From NCBI RefSeq assembly GCF_006345805.1, contig NC_043001.1:29884001-29948000 (forward strand): 64,000 bases of DNA, read 5' to 3'. Below, piece by piece: positions 36,636-49,872 of the stretch. The notes beneath the pieces were generated by a model. It made no database searches and had not been told where the DNA came from. It was given only the letters and a program-made list of their open reading frames with translations. The stretch's first letter is position 1; each line of letters opens with the position of its first letter. Both the position numbers and the translations under genes were made by a program. Origin of the DNA: Octopus sinensis. Lineage: Eukaryota.

Positions 36636-37269
36636 GTTGAAGGATGATAGAGATGTGGTGAGAGACGATGAGAGATGTGGTGGATAGATGGGTGTCAGAA
36701 CATCAGGGCTGATTGAGAAATCTCGCAATTTTGTCGATGAAGACCTTCGTGTGTCTATAAAGACAATAAGCATATGGTTTGGAGTTGATGTGACAACTGT
36801 ACACAGAATTATTTAAAGATTCTCGTTACAAATCTCTCCTTGCTGAAGCTACAAAATGGTACAAACTGCTTTCATGTCGATGATCAAATCTCGCTCGTAA
36901 CAAACTCACCTCCCTAAGGAACTGTGTGGGGAGTAACCCTCCCTTCAATAGCTGACTAATCTATCACGTTAAAGGGTGAACAGTCCGCGTAAAACTAGAT
37001 GGATTTGATCATCACGTGATGAACCAAAATGGGTACATAAAGGTAAAAAGGCAAAATGCTGATACCTAAAAGTAATGAGCGATCATGCGTCTGCTACATA
37101 TTTAATTTTTGCCCCCATAATTGCTGCTATATCTGCTCAATTTCATCCCTTTTATAGCAATTCTTTACCCCGGGGAATTGATCCCCTGTAAAGACATTGG
37201 AATCTAAGTTTGAATCATTTGAGCACTACTAAGCGTCTTCTAAATTGAGTATCTCTGCATCTAATCTGT

Positions 37270-37346
<77 letters not shown>

Positions 37347-37385
37347 GTATGCATGTATAAGGATGAAAAGGAACACACGAGTTGA

Positions 37386-37860
37386 TATATATGAAAAAAT
37401 AAGTCAAAATAGAAAATGCTAAAATAATTTTATAAAGAACATTTCAGTACTGGTTTCAGTCATTTTGAGACCTTTTCAACTATAACGATTAAATAATTAA
37501 ATTTAGAAAAATTAAAAGAAATGTTTTTTTTAAAGGAATATTTGTATAGTGTTCAAATATAAAGTGGCATTTTCCTTGTTTCTGCCTTGCTCTGTCTCTC
37601 TTCCCTACCAAGAATTCACAACGTCCTCGAACCCACAAGTGCGAACAAGAGAGACAGAGCAAGGCAAAAACAAGGAAAATACCACTTATATTTGAACACT
37701 ATACAAATATTCCTTTAAAAAACCATTTCTTTTAATTTTTCTAAATTTAATTATCTAATCGTTACAGTTGAAAAGGTCTCAAAATGACTGAAACCGGTAC
37801 TGAAATGTTCTTTATAAAATTATTTTAGCATTTTCTATTTTGACTTGTTTTTTCATATAT
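37386..37860. repeat. Inverted repeat with arms of about 210 bp, each carrying an outward-facing hammerhead motif
   Basis: Arms mirror around a spacer of about 50 bp; flanked by (TA)n. Confidence 0.9.
37765..37802 (+). ncRNA. Minimal type I hammerhead motif, U3-A8 core variant (mirror copy 37445-37483, minus strand)
   Basis: CAG-UUGAAAA-GGUC(UCAAAAU)GACU-GAAAC-CG-GUA-CUG. Confidence 0.6.
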
Positions 37861-38822
37861 ATATATAGATAGATATAGATATAGATATAGATATAAATTT
37901 ATTAATAAGGATAATATCGCTATTTAAATATCGATATTATCAAGTGGCCAGCATGGGAATAAATACCATGCAAAGGTAATAATTGGTGGTAATAAAAGGT
38001 AATAATGAGGTGGTTGACAGGCAATTTGAACTGGCATTGTACATACGTGCATATATGTATGTATGGACGTTCGTATATGTAAGTATAACGTGTGTTCTGT
38101 ATATATATATTTGTATTTATGTACCCATCTGGTATATTCAACTGATGAAGGCAGAGCTTATTTGAAGCAAAGCTAGAAATCCAGGATCTTAAATTATCCA
38201 GTAATATCTTTTTTGCTAGTTTATTTTGTCTCTCTGTCTTATCTCATGGGGCGATATGAACATTTAAGGTGTTTTTTAGAGTCAGGGTTTTGACTGCTAT
38301 TTCGGCATGGTGGTGTCTCTCAGATACCCTTATTTATAGTTGTGTATATATATATATATGCACGCATATAAATGTGTGTGTGTGTGTGAATGTATGTAGA
38401 TATGAATGTTTGCATGTATGTACAGGTATTATGTATACTCTAAAAATTGACTGATCTAAATGCCATAATGTTGCTCTGTGCTGAGGAAAAATTAATTTTA
38501 TATCGAAATGAATTGTATAGAAGAAAGAAACCCTCAAAACTATGTTTTTTCTTATTTAAGTGTCTGCAATTTCTGTATTTGATCGAAGAATATCAAAGAA
38601 AAAGATATTTCACCATCGATCTGAAGACCCTCCAACAAAGTGTTTAAAAAGATCGAATATAGAAGTTAGATACTACTACAGATAAGATCGTACCTCGCAA
38701 CTATTGTTACGAGGCTGCCTCAATGTGGTCGCTTGTTAGAAATAACAACCCAGTTTACCTCATATAACTTCTTATCGTCTTTACAAAGCATAATGGAAAA
38801 TGTCGTCCGAAGTACATATTGC

Positions 38823-39586
38823 GGATCTTTTCGGTTTGAACGGCAGTTTGTAACATAATTTCTAGGTAACTAAAAAATTTTAAACTTCGTATACTGGTAG
38901 AATGTGTTTATAAAACATCATTTTCTCTTGGCATTATTGAGAAAATTCTATAGTTTGTAACATATTTCGTCTAAAATTTCTTGCATTTCGGCAATTTTAA
39001 CCAATCGCTGACCGTCCATTGAGGTGAAAGCATTCTGTGCGTCATCAATATGTTCCTCGTTTAAGAATCCTAACCCTAACTAACCCTAAATCTAAAATAG
39101 ATTGAAATGCAATAGATCGATACTAGGGTTATAATTATGGGTGACAATTTCATACGACACCGTTACGGAAAATGGGATTTTTTCCTAGCGGTGTCAAATG
39201 AAAAAATCACCCATAATTATGATCCTAGTATCGATCTATTGCATTTCAATCTATTTTAGATTTAGGGTTAGTTAGGGTTAGGGTTAGGGGTGGGGGAAGG
39301 GTATCTTTTTTTCTTCATAAATGTAAATAAACCCAATCTGTTTCTTAAACGAGGGACATATTGATGACACACAGAATGCTTTCACCTCAATGGACGGTCA
39401 GCGATTGGTTAAAATTGCCGAAATGCAAGAAATTTTAGACGAAATATGTTACAAACTATAGAATTTTCTCAATAAAGCCAAGAGAAAATGATGTTTTATA
39501 AACACATTCTACCAGTATACGAAGTTTTAAATTTTTTAGTTACCTAGAAATCATGTTACAAACTGCCGTTCAAACCGAAAAGATCC
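38823..39586. mobile_element. Second Merlin-like foldback element with CCCTAA/TTAGGG tracts
   Basis: TIR GGATCTTTT...AAAAGATCC; 8-bp TSD CATATTGC (38815-38822, 39587-39594). Confidence 0.8.
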
Positions 39587-40069
39587 CATATTGCCTGTAA
39601 TGAAAAAGTTAATCGTGGATGGAATGCTTTGATTATAAGTTTCCCGAGTTATGGCTGACCCAGAGTGAAATAACAAATGCGCAGTTATTTTTGCACTAAA
39701 TGTTCCCGCCCAACTGACAAAGGTTATCACCTATGATCATATAACTGTGGTGCTTAGTGACAGCTTTATGAAAGAGGAAAGACCGGTGTTACAATATTTG
39801 ACAAAACACGTGTGAAGGATTTTACAAAATATCAGTTTCTGTTAGGTATACAATTAGCATCTAATAATCTTTGTGGGTTTTTTAACTTTAGCTTGTACTA
39901 CGCTCTTCAGAAGACAACTCTGAATCTTATCTTATCAAATATCAGTAAAAATTTTCTCTCCTCTTTGGGGGTCAAAAACATGTCTGGGGTGTTTCGTTAA
40001 AGTCTTCATTAAGTATAGTTTATATTATAGAGTTCAAGTGTTAGAGAGTAAGAGAGGGATGTAGTTGTC

Positions 40070-40351
40070 TATTGTCTAAAAGAAATCTTTGTGGGTTTCT
40101 GCCAAGGAAGTGGCTTAAAAGCATTTATTGAATGGGTTTTATGTCCACTTTGTGTGTGGGGGGGGGGTGTTTGTGTGTGTGTGTGTGTGTGCATGTATTG
40201 TGTTGAATGCCCTTTCAATATGTTTGGAATGACACTAGCTGTGAATTGATGGGTGCGTGTATGTTGTGATGGATGTCTTGTTGAAGAAAGAATTAGGATT
40301 TTTCTTTGGGTTAGATGTATTCTTTTGAGCCCCTCCACCAATGTGTATGTA

Positions 40352-40406
<55 letters not shown>

Positions 40407-42900
40407 TGTGTGTGTGTGTGTGCAGACGTGTGTGAGTGTGCAGACGTGTGTGTATATATGTTTTGCGATATTTTCTTTTGCGTGTATGTGTGTGTTTGTG
40501 TGTGTATGTATGTGTGCAGAGGTGTTTGTGTGTGTATGTGTGTGTGCAGAGGTGTTTGTGTGTTTCACATGCCGAACCTGCTATGATTGGTCTCAATTTT
40601 AGATCATCTGAAGTTGTTAGCTGTATATATTTGTTTGCTGAGGATTCACAGGCATCATTTTGTATTTATGGAGTTTAGGTAAACCATAAAAGTTGCTCGC
40701 TTTGCATTTGAAGCGGCATATATAGTCAATTTCTTTGCTGGTTAAGCCTTTGTCATACTTCTTTAAAAGAGTTGTGAGGTTTTCCATTATTTTTAATTTT
40801 TTTTATAGTGGGTTGCTTTTCCATAGTAGTTGTTGTCATCTAGCATTGTGAGTGCTAGGTTTGTATAGTAATTTGCGTCCATGATGACAGCATTGCTCCC
40901 TTTATCGGCTTCTTTGATAGTTGTATCCTTATTTTCTTGTAAGTCCAGGAGGTTCTTCCATTCATGCTTTGTAAAGTTTGATTTAATGTTTCTATGTTCA
41001 AGTTTATCAAAGGAAAAGTTCATAATGTATTCTCAGTAGGAGTCCAGTGCTCTATTTAACCCTATATTTGGGCAAAAGTTGCTTGTGTTTCTGGCTTAGT
41101 GAGTCGTCCTCATCTTTAGAGTTGTTGGTGAAGTATTCGGCCAATCACGTGGAGGCGCAATGGCCCAGTGGTTAGGGCAGCGGACTCGCGGTTATAGGAT
41201 CGCGGTTTCGATTCCCAGACCGGGCGTTGTGAGTGTTTATTGAGCGAAAACACCTAAAGCTCCACGAGGCTCCGGCAGGGGATGGTGGTGATCCCTGTTG
41301 TACTCTTTCACCACAACTTTCTCTCACTCTTACTTCCTGTTCCTGTATTTCAAGGGGCCGGCCTTGTCACTCTCTGTGTCACGCTGAATATCCCCGAGAA
41401 CTACGTTAAGGGTGCACGTGTCTGTGGAGTGCTCAGCCACTTACCCGTTAATTTCACGAGCAGGCTGTTCCGTTGATTCGGATCAACCGGAACCCTCATC
41501 GTCGTAACCGACGGAGTGCTTCCATCCCCATTCGGCCAATCTGAGTTTTCATTTTTCCGTTCAGAGAAGTTTGGTCTTTGTGGTGTGAGTGTAAACCTCA
41601 GTCCCTTAGAATTTCTATTTGGGTGTCAGTTGGGTTTTTTGAAAGGTTAATTACCTTTGTAATTGTAATGAAAGGTTAATTACCTTTGTAATCTCGTGGT
41701 GGGGAGACAATGTGTGTCCTGGTATTTCTGTCTTTGTGCTAAAAAAAGGATTGTGGTTGATATTTGTTATTGGTTTGTTTTGAGTGGATCTGTAGGGTCG
41801 TTTTTGATGGTGAATGTGTTGAGGAGGGGGTCTGCTGTAGTTGCTATTACGTTGCAGTCCTGTTGGGGTTTTGGGAGGTCTTGGTAGTTTAGGTGGGTCT
41901 CTTCCAAAAGCCTTTGTGTTTATGCTGTAGTGATTGTGGTTCCTGTGAGGGTACTTGTTGTGATTATATTTTATCAGGGGGCCTGATTTAACCCTCAGGG
42001 ATCCGGATGTACCTCCTCCAAAGTTTAGAGTGTTTGTGCTATAAGGTTCGTTTATGTTATTTCTGGATTTGGATTTGTGAGAGAAAATTAGGGGAATATT
42101 TGTGCTGTGGTTGTGTGTGTGGTTTTTCTTCGGTTGTAGTTGGGTGTATTTGGTTTGGGCTGGGGGGAATTGTGTTCGTGGGTTAGGTTTGTTGTGTTTG
42201 ATGGTCTGATTGTTTCTCTAGAGTTTCGTGTTTTGTTCTGTTTTTTCATGAAGGGGTTGTCTGTGGTGAGTATTTTTTTAAATTCCTCTTCGTATTTAAG
42301 GAACCACATCTCGCATTTTTCCCATCGTTGGAGAAATATAAGTTCTGCATGTTCATAGTCTAGTTTCCAAAGTTTTAGGTGTTGCAAGTTGGTTCCCTCA
42401 GATTTTTTGGTATATTCTTGTTCTATTTATTGATCAATATCTTTGATTTTTGTTCATTTATTGTGACCCTTACCTTTAAGAGTTCAATTTCGATATTTAT
42501 TCTTTTGAGAGATATTTGTTCCCGTAGTTTTCTTTATTGTTGTGGCTCATTAGTTATAGGTTTCATTTGATATTTTCGAGATAAGATTATTGGGGTAGAC
42601 TTTAGCCATTTCTCATAGATTCCAGCTTTGTTTAAGTTTTTCATCATGTTCCAAAATGTAAACTCTTTTATTCGTAAAAGATTTTCCCAGGCGTGCCCGA
42701 TTACACTTCTATTAAGGCTTCGTGTATCTTGTTCTGATTTACTGTTGATTCATTTTTCCATGGTGTTACACAGTTGTTGCATGTTGGAGGAGAACTCGTT
42801 GCTGGTGGTTCTTTCGTTGTCTTCTCGAGTTTTTCTGGTGGAGTTGTGAGCTTCCCATTTTATGTTTTGTAATTCTTTTAAGATTTCTTCATTAACATTT
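40070..42900 (-). mobile_element. Penelope-like element (N-terminal region and RT), decayed and interrupted
   Basis: [37 protein letters not shown]. Confidence 0.8.
41147..41529 (+). mobile_element. SINE family C inserted in the Penelope-like element
   Basis: 12-bp TSD ATTCGGCCAATC; A box TGGCCCAGTGG and B box GGTTTCGATTCC. Confidence 0.9.
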
Positions 42901-42994
42901 TAGTCTGGATTTTCGGTATTCAGTACCATTTCCCGGATTTATATAGTTTATAATAGTTGAAAAAAGAATAAGGAGTGACATTACAGTCTCTATT

Positions 42995-43440
42995 GAGATC
43001 ACCGTCATGCCGCCCCACGTCCTTGAACAGGGTCTTAGGCTCAATTCAAACGGTTGTGTGAAGCTGTTGGAGACTGTGGTCAAACCCTGGCTGAGGAGGC
43101 TTGCTGCTGGAAGGCTGTATGTGTGGCAGCAGGATTCGTCTTTTTACCGAAAGAGTCAGAAGTGGATGTCAAAGAATTTCAACGACTTCACCGGCACCAA
43201 TTTTTTTTTGGCCCCCTAATTCCCAGACTGTAATCCAATAATTTACTATGTGTGGGACGCGATTGAGACAGATACCAACCGCTCTGCCTGCAACATCAAG
43301 GTTGAACTGTGGCCAGGATCAAGATGTTCGAATATCTTCCCGGCGACACAGTGAGGAATAATGCGTTCGCCAAGTTCCGGGGGGATCTTGACGCTGTGGC
43401 GGAAGGTGAGGACCACTACTTTCAGTATCTACCAGCCATA
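42995..43440 (+). mobile_element. maT/mariner-like transposase fragment
   Basis: VMPPHVLEQGLRLNS, YVWQQDS, then NSPDCNP..YYVWDAIE after a frameshift. Confidence 0.75.
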
Positions 43441-43595
43441 ATCTGGGCTGACTTTTTTTGATATTTTTTAAATATTTTAATTTTGGGTGGAGTGTTGTGT
43501 GTGTGTGTGTATGTGTGTAATAAGTATATATACATATATGGGCACACACGCATGCGCACAAGCACATCACATATATATAGATAGACAGACAGACA

Positions 43596-43694
<99 letters not shown>

Positions 43695-43719
43695 TTTAGA
43701 CGTAGGTGTTACTGTGATA

Positions 43720-44370
43720 AGAAAATTGTTTCTCAACTACATGGTTCTGGGTTCAGACCCATATGTGGCATCTTGGGCAATTGTCCGTACACGCACACAC
43801 ACACACATGCACACATGCACATGTATGAGAGAAAACAGGTATACTTATGTCTCCGTCTCTTGACATCACGTGATTGTTTTAAAACGATTACAACTGTTAT
43901 ACAGCAAGTGTCATTTATTTCCGATGTCCTGCAAGAACACATGGGCAAGGAAAAATATTACCTTGCTTGGAAACAGTTGAGAGCTGGCGACAGGAAAGGA
44001 ACCTGGTTGTAAAAAAATTTGTTTCTATAAACTTCTCCGACCCATGCAAGCATGGAATAGTCAACGTTAAAGTGATGGTGGCGATAATAATGATATACAC
44101 ATATACTGAGATTTTTGTGTCAGTATCTGTACACACACACACATACGTACATACATGTCCTTGTGTTTGTCCTCCTACCCCCGTTCGAACGCACACACAG
44201 CTTCACAACGGATGTTGGTTTCTTTACGTCCCCGTAACTTGGTAGTTCAGCCAAAAAGCGATAGAGTTAGTGCCAAAATAAAAAAAAAAACAAATAGTAT
44301 TAGGGGTGATTGTTTAACTGAACTCTTTCAAGGCGGTGCTCCAGCATGGCAAGACTTCAATGACTAAAAG
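43720..44370 (+). mobile_element. Degenerate SINE B with internal insertion
   Basis: GGTTCTGGGTTCAG...CTTGGGCAA head; GGCGGTGCTCCAGCATGG tail. Confidence 0.6.
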
Positions 44371-44439
44371 AAGGGAAAGAATAATAGAACGAAGTTGGTG
44401 GTCATGAAGGCTTCGCGGTCTCCATCTCAGATATACGTT

Positions 44440-45720
44440 TACTACTTCGCCAGTTACAGGTTACCTCGAAAGATGACATCCTTATCTTCTGTTCAACGAT
44501 TCTCCCGTCTACCATTCACTCCCAGCTCAGGGCTAAGCTTTGCTAGCTTGAAAGATTGACGAATAAACTGAATGTGATTGACGTCCACTCAATGCTGTTC
44601 CTGTTAAGGAACTGCTTCGCCATGCCGAAGTTATCGTATACCTTCCATAGTCCCCCTTGGTACAGCCACGTATCTCTCCTCACAGATCTCGACGCCTTTA
44701 TCCAACGGGTCACCAAAGATATATGCAATGTTCGGCTCGACGACACTGGATGACAACGGACCACCTCACCCGTTAAATATGGTGGCCCCGGCCTTCGATC
44801 TCCGGTTTCACTAGCTCTGTCGGCTTTTCTCTCGTCGGTGACCTCTTACCGTGTCCTCATCAACAGAGTTCTCCATAACACAACTGAACCTACTGGGGAG
44901 CGCGAGGTGGTCTACGCAACATGAAGCCAGTTCGGCTTGCGCCCTGCTGATGTCCATTCCCCTCCCCTCAGTGGACGTCCAGTGTAGCATTATCTTGGAC
45001 GAGATAGAATGCCGACTTGACTAGCACCGTCCGGCATGTTTCCACTCAGCTTCCATGCCTCACAGCAGAGCCTGACTTAATATAGTGTCAGCAATCGCGA
45101 CCGGCACTCAGCTTGATTAATCGACTGGCTGCGCATTGGTGTTTCCCTGAGGTTTGGCCTCTAGATCTGTATACCTCACGAATGCTGCTGCGGCTCCACT
45201 GTGGATTCCTTCAGCCTGCACCTATTGTCATGCTATTACAGTGCTGGCCACTTTCCACGCCATGTCACCCTTAACAAAATCATAAAGCGTGGCCTAGACG
45301 CCGCTGGCTTCCCTTCCCAGCTCGAGCCAGCGGGGTTAGACCGAGGTGATGGTAAAAGGCCTGACGGTATGACAGTTTTCCCGTTTCGTGGCGGTAAGTC
45401 CTTCATCTGGTGTGTTACATGTAGTGACATCTTTTCCTTCGGCAACTTGATGTATTCTGCTAGCCCAGGCTCCGCTGCTCGTCAGGTTGAATAAAACAAA
45501 CTGTCAAAGAATCAGTCAAATCTTTCTGACAGGTTTATGGTCGAGCCTGTGGTAATGGAATCTACCGGCGTTCTCAGACCCCAGACCATATTCCTGCTCA
45601 CCGTTATCGAGGCGGAGATGGCTGTCCGCAAGTGCGAACCCCGTACGTCAGAGTGAATGTTCTAGTGCATCACCCTCCGCTTTTCCATTTGGTTTGCTGG
45701 GACCATCAGGAAATGGAGAG
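44440..45720 (+). mobile_element. CRE-clade non-LTR retrotransposon 3' part (RT end, CCHC motif, restriction-like endonuclease)
   Basis: LLRNCFAMPKLSY, CCCGSTVDSFSLHLLSC, EPAGLDRGDGKRPDGMTVFPFRGGKSFIWCVTC. Confidence 0.8.
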
Positions 45721-46096
45721 AATGTAAGACTTTCGGATCTTTTCTTAAACTTTCCTAGCTTACCATATGAATAATAAATTATTCATTCTTATTTCTGTCC
45801 ATACAAAATAAGATATTTTTCATTACTACCAGACTTACTAAAGTGACATTACTGTGTTATAGACTAAAAGAATGTGGGATGTAACTATGCAAGTATACAA
45901 AACATAAAACGGAGCGTAGAGATGAAAAAAGAAAGAAAAGCATTTTATATTTTATTTTCAGTTATGTTTTTGTGAACTGCTAACCGAAAAATGCTTATAA
46001 ACATAAGCAACCAACCGGCTTTTGCCAGCAGGATTCAAATAAAGTGATCTCCCTTGACAGAATCGCAGTCGAGCTGAAAAAATTGTTTTCAACTAA

Positions 46097-46223
46097 ATGG
46101 CGCGTGAAATAAAACGCATCGAACGGTGTCTAAATGATTTATGGAAGGAAAAAGATGATCGAAAACAGCTTGTCGAAGATATTGCTCTCATCTGTCCCGA
46201 TCAGTTGACAGCTAAAAATATTG
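46097..46223 (+). CDS. PRKDC: DNA-dependent protein kinase catalytic subunit, coding exon 1 (MAREIKRIERCLNDLWKEKDDRKQLVEDIALICPDQLTAKNI)
   Basis: ATG directly after an in-frame TAA; open for 42 codons; G|GTAAAC donor in phase 1 that joins the 63660 exon in frame. The identity rests mainly on exon 2. Confidence 0.7.
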
Positions 46224-47844
46224 GTAAACTTTAAAATACTTAATTTTTCACATTTATTTTTGCTTCCTGACAACTGCTGTATTATATGTTTCGATCTAGT
46301 TTATAGTGTTTAGCTTAAATAAATTAAGTAAACTTAGATATTCTTCATCTGCTAGTTATATAAGCTGTTGAATAAGCATTACTATCAATAAATAAGTTAC
46401 AGTGTGAAGATTAGTAAACTTTTTTTTTTTACGTTTACTTCCTTGTTCGTAGTGTCGAAATGACGAGGTGCACTAACATTGTTAATACTACATGCACGGA
46501 TTTACAATGTATGGGACTAAGTCTATGGATATTGTCAAATAATTAATTTAAGTGCGCTATCTGCGATGATGTTTTGGTAAGCAGTGTCGATTAGCAATTT
46601 GGTGCTTGAATTACTTCGTGTCAGGCTTTGCCTTTTAAATTAAACCGATAGTGAAACTGAATGCGTTCTACGTAATTGCTAAAAACAATGATTATTTAAC
46701 AGCTAAAGTATTGAGAGTGTAATCAATAATGTAGGGAATTTTTTTAAAAAATCATACTTCACTATTAGCACATTTAAAAAATAGACAAAATATAATCAGA
46801 TATTTCTTAACAATTACTCTTAGAAAGAATATGGGTAAGTACTCTGGGGTTAGATCATCTCTTCGTAAATAACGGAAGTATTAACCAATAAATTGAATTA
46901 AAACTTTTTTTTTAAAGTTTACATAATAATTGGATGATGCCTATAAAGGAAATATCAATGCAGCATTTCTGAAGAAAAAAAGGAAAATCCATCCATGTCT
47001 GTGATAAAGTGGGGAGAGTTGTTTCCCTCCAGATCAACTCTGAGTCGACTGACAATACAAACCGCTACAGCTATGACCATCTCGGTGGTTTTTTTTTTTA
47101 TTTTTGCACCTTCTGCAAACGTTATGTATCTAATCCTAAGTTATTCAATATAGCGTTAGATATCATCTTTCTAAGACGGTAAGTTGTGATTTAAGGGAAA
47201 TGTGAGGACTTATTCTTGCAGGACGATGAAAGAAAATACTAAGGACGGGAAGTATTCAATAATAAAAGTAAGTTACAAGTACCCGTGTTGTAGGAAAGTG
47301 CCAAGAGTTTTATTAACTAAAATACTTAGTTCCAAGACAATATTCAAAATAGATAACAACTATGTACCAATTTGGAAGTAGTTCAATAAAAATCAAATTT
47401 AGATTCAACTTTGATAAAGTTTGACTGTCAAATTAAGGCGCCTGTTGATTCAGTCACAATCGTTTAGTGAAGTTAGTAAATTGGGTAAGATCGCATATGT
47501 GGATTCCAGGCTTTATTAAACGATATTTTACCGATGCAGACCGCTACTATTTTACCTGGGGTTTAGTTTTTATTTGCCAATAGATGCATTGCTTTGTGTA
47601 TTTTTAGTATTAGGTTGATTAAAAGCTTCCTCTTTCTACATTACAGGTGTGTGAATTTCAGCTACTTGGTGACTTTGCTAATGCCACATACAAAGCACCT
47701 AATACATTTTGTAAATTGTTAGGAAGGACATCCAACCATGACAGCAGAGCAGTAGAGCTTGGTGTAGTCATCTGGCTTGCCAGCTCTTGTCAAGCACTGT
47801 CCAGCCGATGTCAGCTTGGAAAATGGGTGTTAAATGATGACGAT

Positions 47845-48150
47845 GATGATGATATATATATATATATATCACATGACCAATCAGGCTATCAGATGTTGCT
47901 ACACATCGCTGGTCACAATGCGCTTCGCATTGTTTTAGCCTTCAAATGATGCCACCCCGCTGGCTAAGCGAGCAGGCCAACAGAAGAAAGAGTGAAAGAG
48001 TACAGCAGGGAACGCCACCACCCCCTGCCGGAGCCTCGTGGAGCTTTAGGTGTTTTCACTCAATAAACACTCACAATGCCCGGTCTGGGAATCGAAGCCG
48101 CGATCCTACGACTGCGAGTCCGCTACCCTAACCACTGGGCCATTGCGCCT
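47845..48150 (-). mobile_element. SINE family C variant with a different 3' tail
   Basis: Same head as 41147; tail ends in an (ATC)n-like run. Confidence 0.8.
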
Positions 48151-48819
48151 TGTTTTAGAACTACTTTCCATCATGCTGGCATGGGTTGGATGGAAGTGCC
48201 TGTGGTTGAAATCGCATATACTGTTCACCTAGCTTGCGTGTTTCATTTCGGCATGGGTTGGATGAGTCATCACCAGTTTGTGTCACTTATTTGGAGTTAC
48301 TGCTCTCCTAGATGATTTAAAGGCCCACCTGTTGCTCATATGGTTTATTTTTCATATGGTTTCTACAATTGGATGTCCTTCTCAACACAAACCACATAAC
48401 TAGGTGTACTATTTTATCATAGCACCAGCACTAGAGAGATTTTTACTCTAACCAGACTAAAGAATCATCTCTGCACTTTCATGTCTCCAATAGATCGATA
48501 ACCACTTAAAATATTTTGAGTGCATTTTATTGTACCATCAACACTAGAGAGATCACTTCATCTTCTGTAAGACGAAAGTGTTCTATCTGTGTTATATTCA
48601 TTCATTCAAGGTAAGCCTGACCCAGGGAGTAAATAGAAGAAAAGTGAATATCAAGAGGGTGAATGAAGAGAGTGTATGAGTGTGATGGGGGAAATAGTGA
48701 TAAGAATGAGATGGTAGGGGAAAGAATAATGGTGGGCAGATATTGATGACTACTTGTCTGTTGCTTGAACAGCATAGAATACCAGCATGAATGGTAAGAT
48801 GGAATAACAATGAAAATCA

Positions 48820-49180
48820 AAATCAAAATCGATCAACATCAATGGAAATTGTAGCTGTGATACCAGTGCCGGTGGCACATTAGAGAATCATCCAAACGTG
48901 GCCGTTGCCAGCGCCGCCCCAACTGGTTTCCATGCCGGTGGCACATAAAAAGCACCATCCGATCGTGGCCGTTTACCAGCCTCGTCTGGCACCTGTGCCA
49001 GTGGCACGTAAAAAGTACCCACTACATTCATGGAGTGGTTGGCGTTAGGAAGGGCATCCAGCCGTAGAAACATTGCCAGATCAGACTGGGCCTGGTGCAG
49101 CCTTCTGACTTCCCAGACCCCAGTTGCACCGTCCAACCCATGCCAGCATGGAAAGCGGGCGCTAAACGATGATGATATTG
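48820..49180 (+). mobile_element. RTE-tail non-autonomous repeat
   Basis: Ends CCGTCCAACCCATGCCAGCATGGAAAGC..(GAT)n; internal TGGCAC.TAAAAAG tandem units. Confidence 0.75.
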
Positions 49181-49629
49181 TTATTCCATCTTACCATTCA
49201 TGAGTGATAGATAACAGTAGAGATGGATGCTGTTAAATGTGAGTGGTATAAGTCAATGAAAAGTGACATGAGAAAGAGGAAGTGGTGCAGAAAAGAAAGA
49301 TGGTGACAAGGGGACTAAATATGGACGGATCTGATGCTATACCTCTTTATCAAGGTGTTGTGAGAGCAGGTGAGTGTTAAAGGCGAAGATAACAAATTGA
49401 ATCACAGGTGGAGACTTAAGTAGAATATAATGGGTGAAAGATCAAATGTAGATATTTTATATAGCATAACCTTTCTTACTACCTCTATTTCAACGATCAC
49501 TTAACCATGCTGACACCAGAGGGTAGGTTTTTTTTTATTCCAACATCATATGAGGCCACTGATAATTCTTTGAGCTCTTTTTCTTTCATGACATTTAACT
49601 TCATCCAGTATCTTCTTAGGTCTACCTTA

Positions 49630-49872
49630 TCCATTAATACCTATTTCTTTATTACCCACAAGGGGCTAAACACAGAGGGGACAAACAAGGACAGACATAG
49701 GTATTAAGTCGATTACATCGACCCCAGTGCGTAACTGGTACTTAATTTATCGACCCCGAAAGGATGAAAGGCAAAGTCGACCTCGGCGGAATTTGAACTC
49801 ACAACGTAACGGCAGCCGAAATACCGCTAAGCATTTCACCCGACGTGCTAACGATTCTGCCAGCTCGCCGCC
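49630..49872 (-). mobile_element. SINE family A monomer inside an RTE remnant
   Basis: TSD CTTATCCATTA on both sides. Confidence 0.9.

Noticed and set aside
41147-41225. tRNA gene
   Set aside because: A and B boxes run directly into a SINE body with a TSD; the same applies to the other tRNA-like heads.
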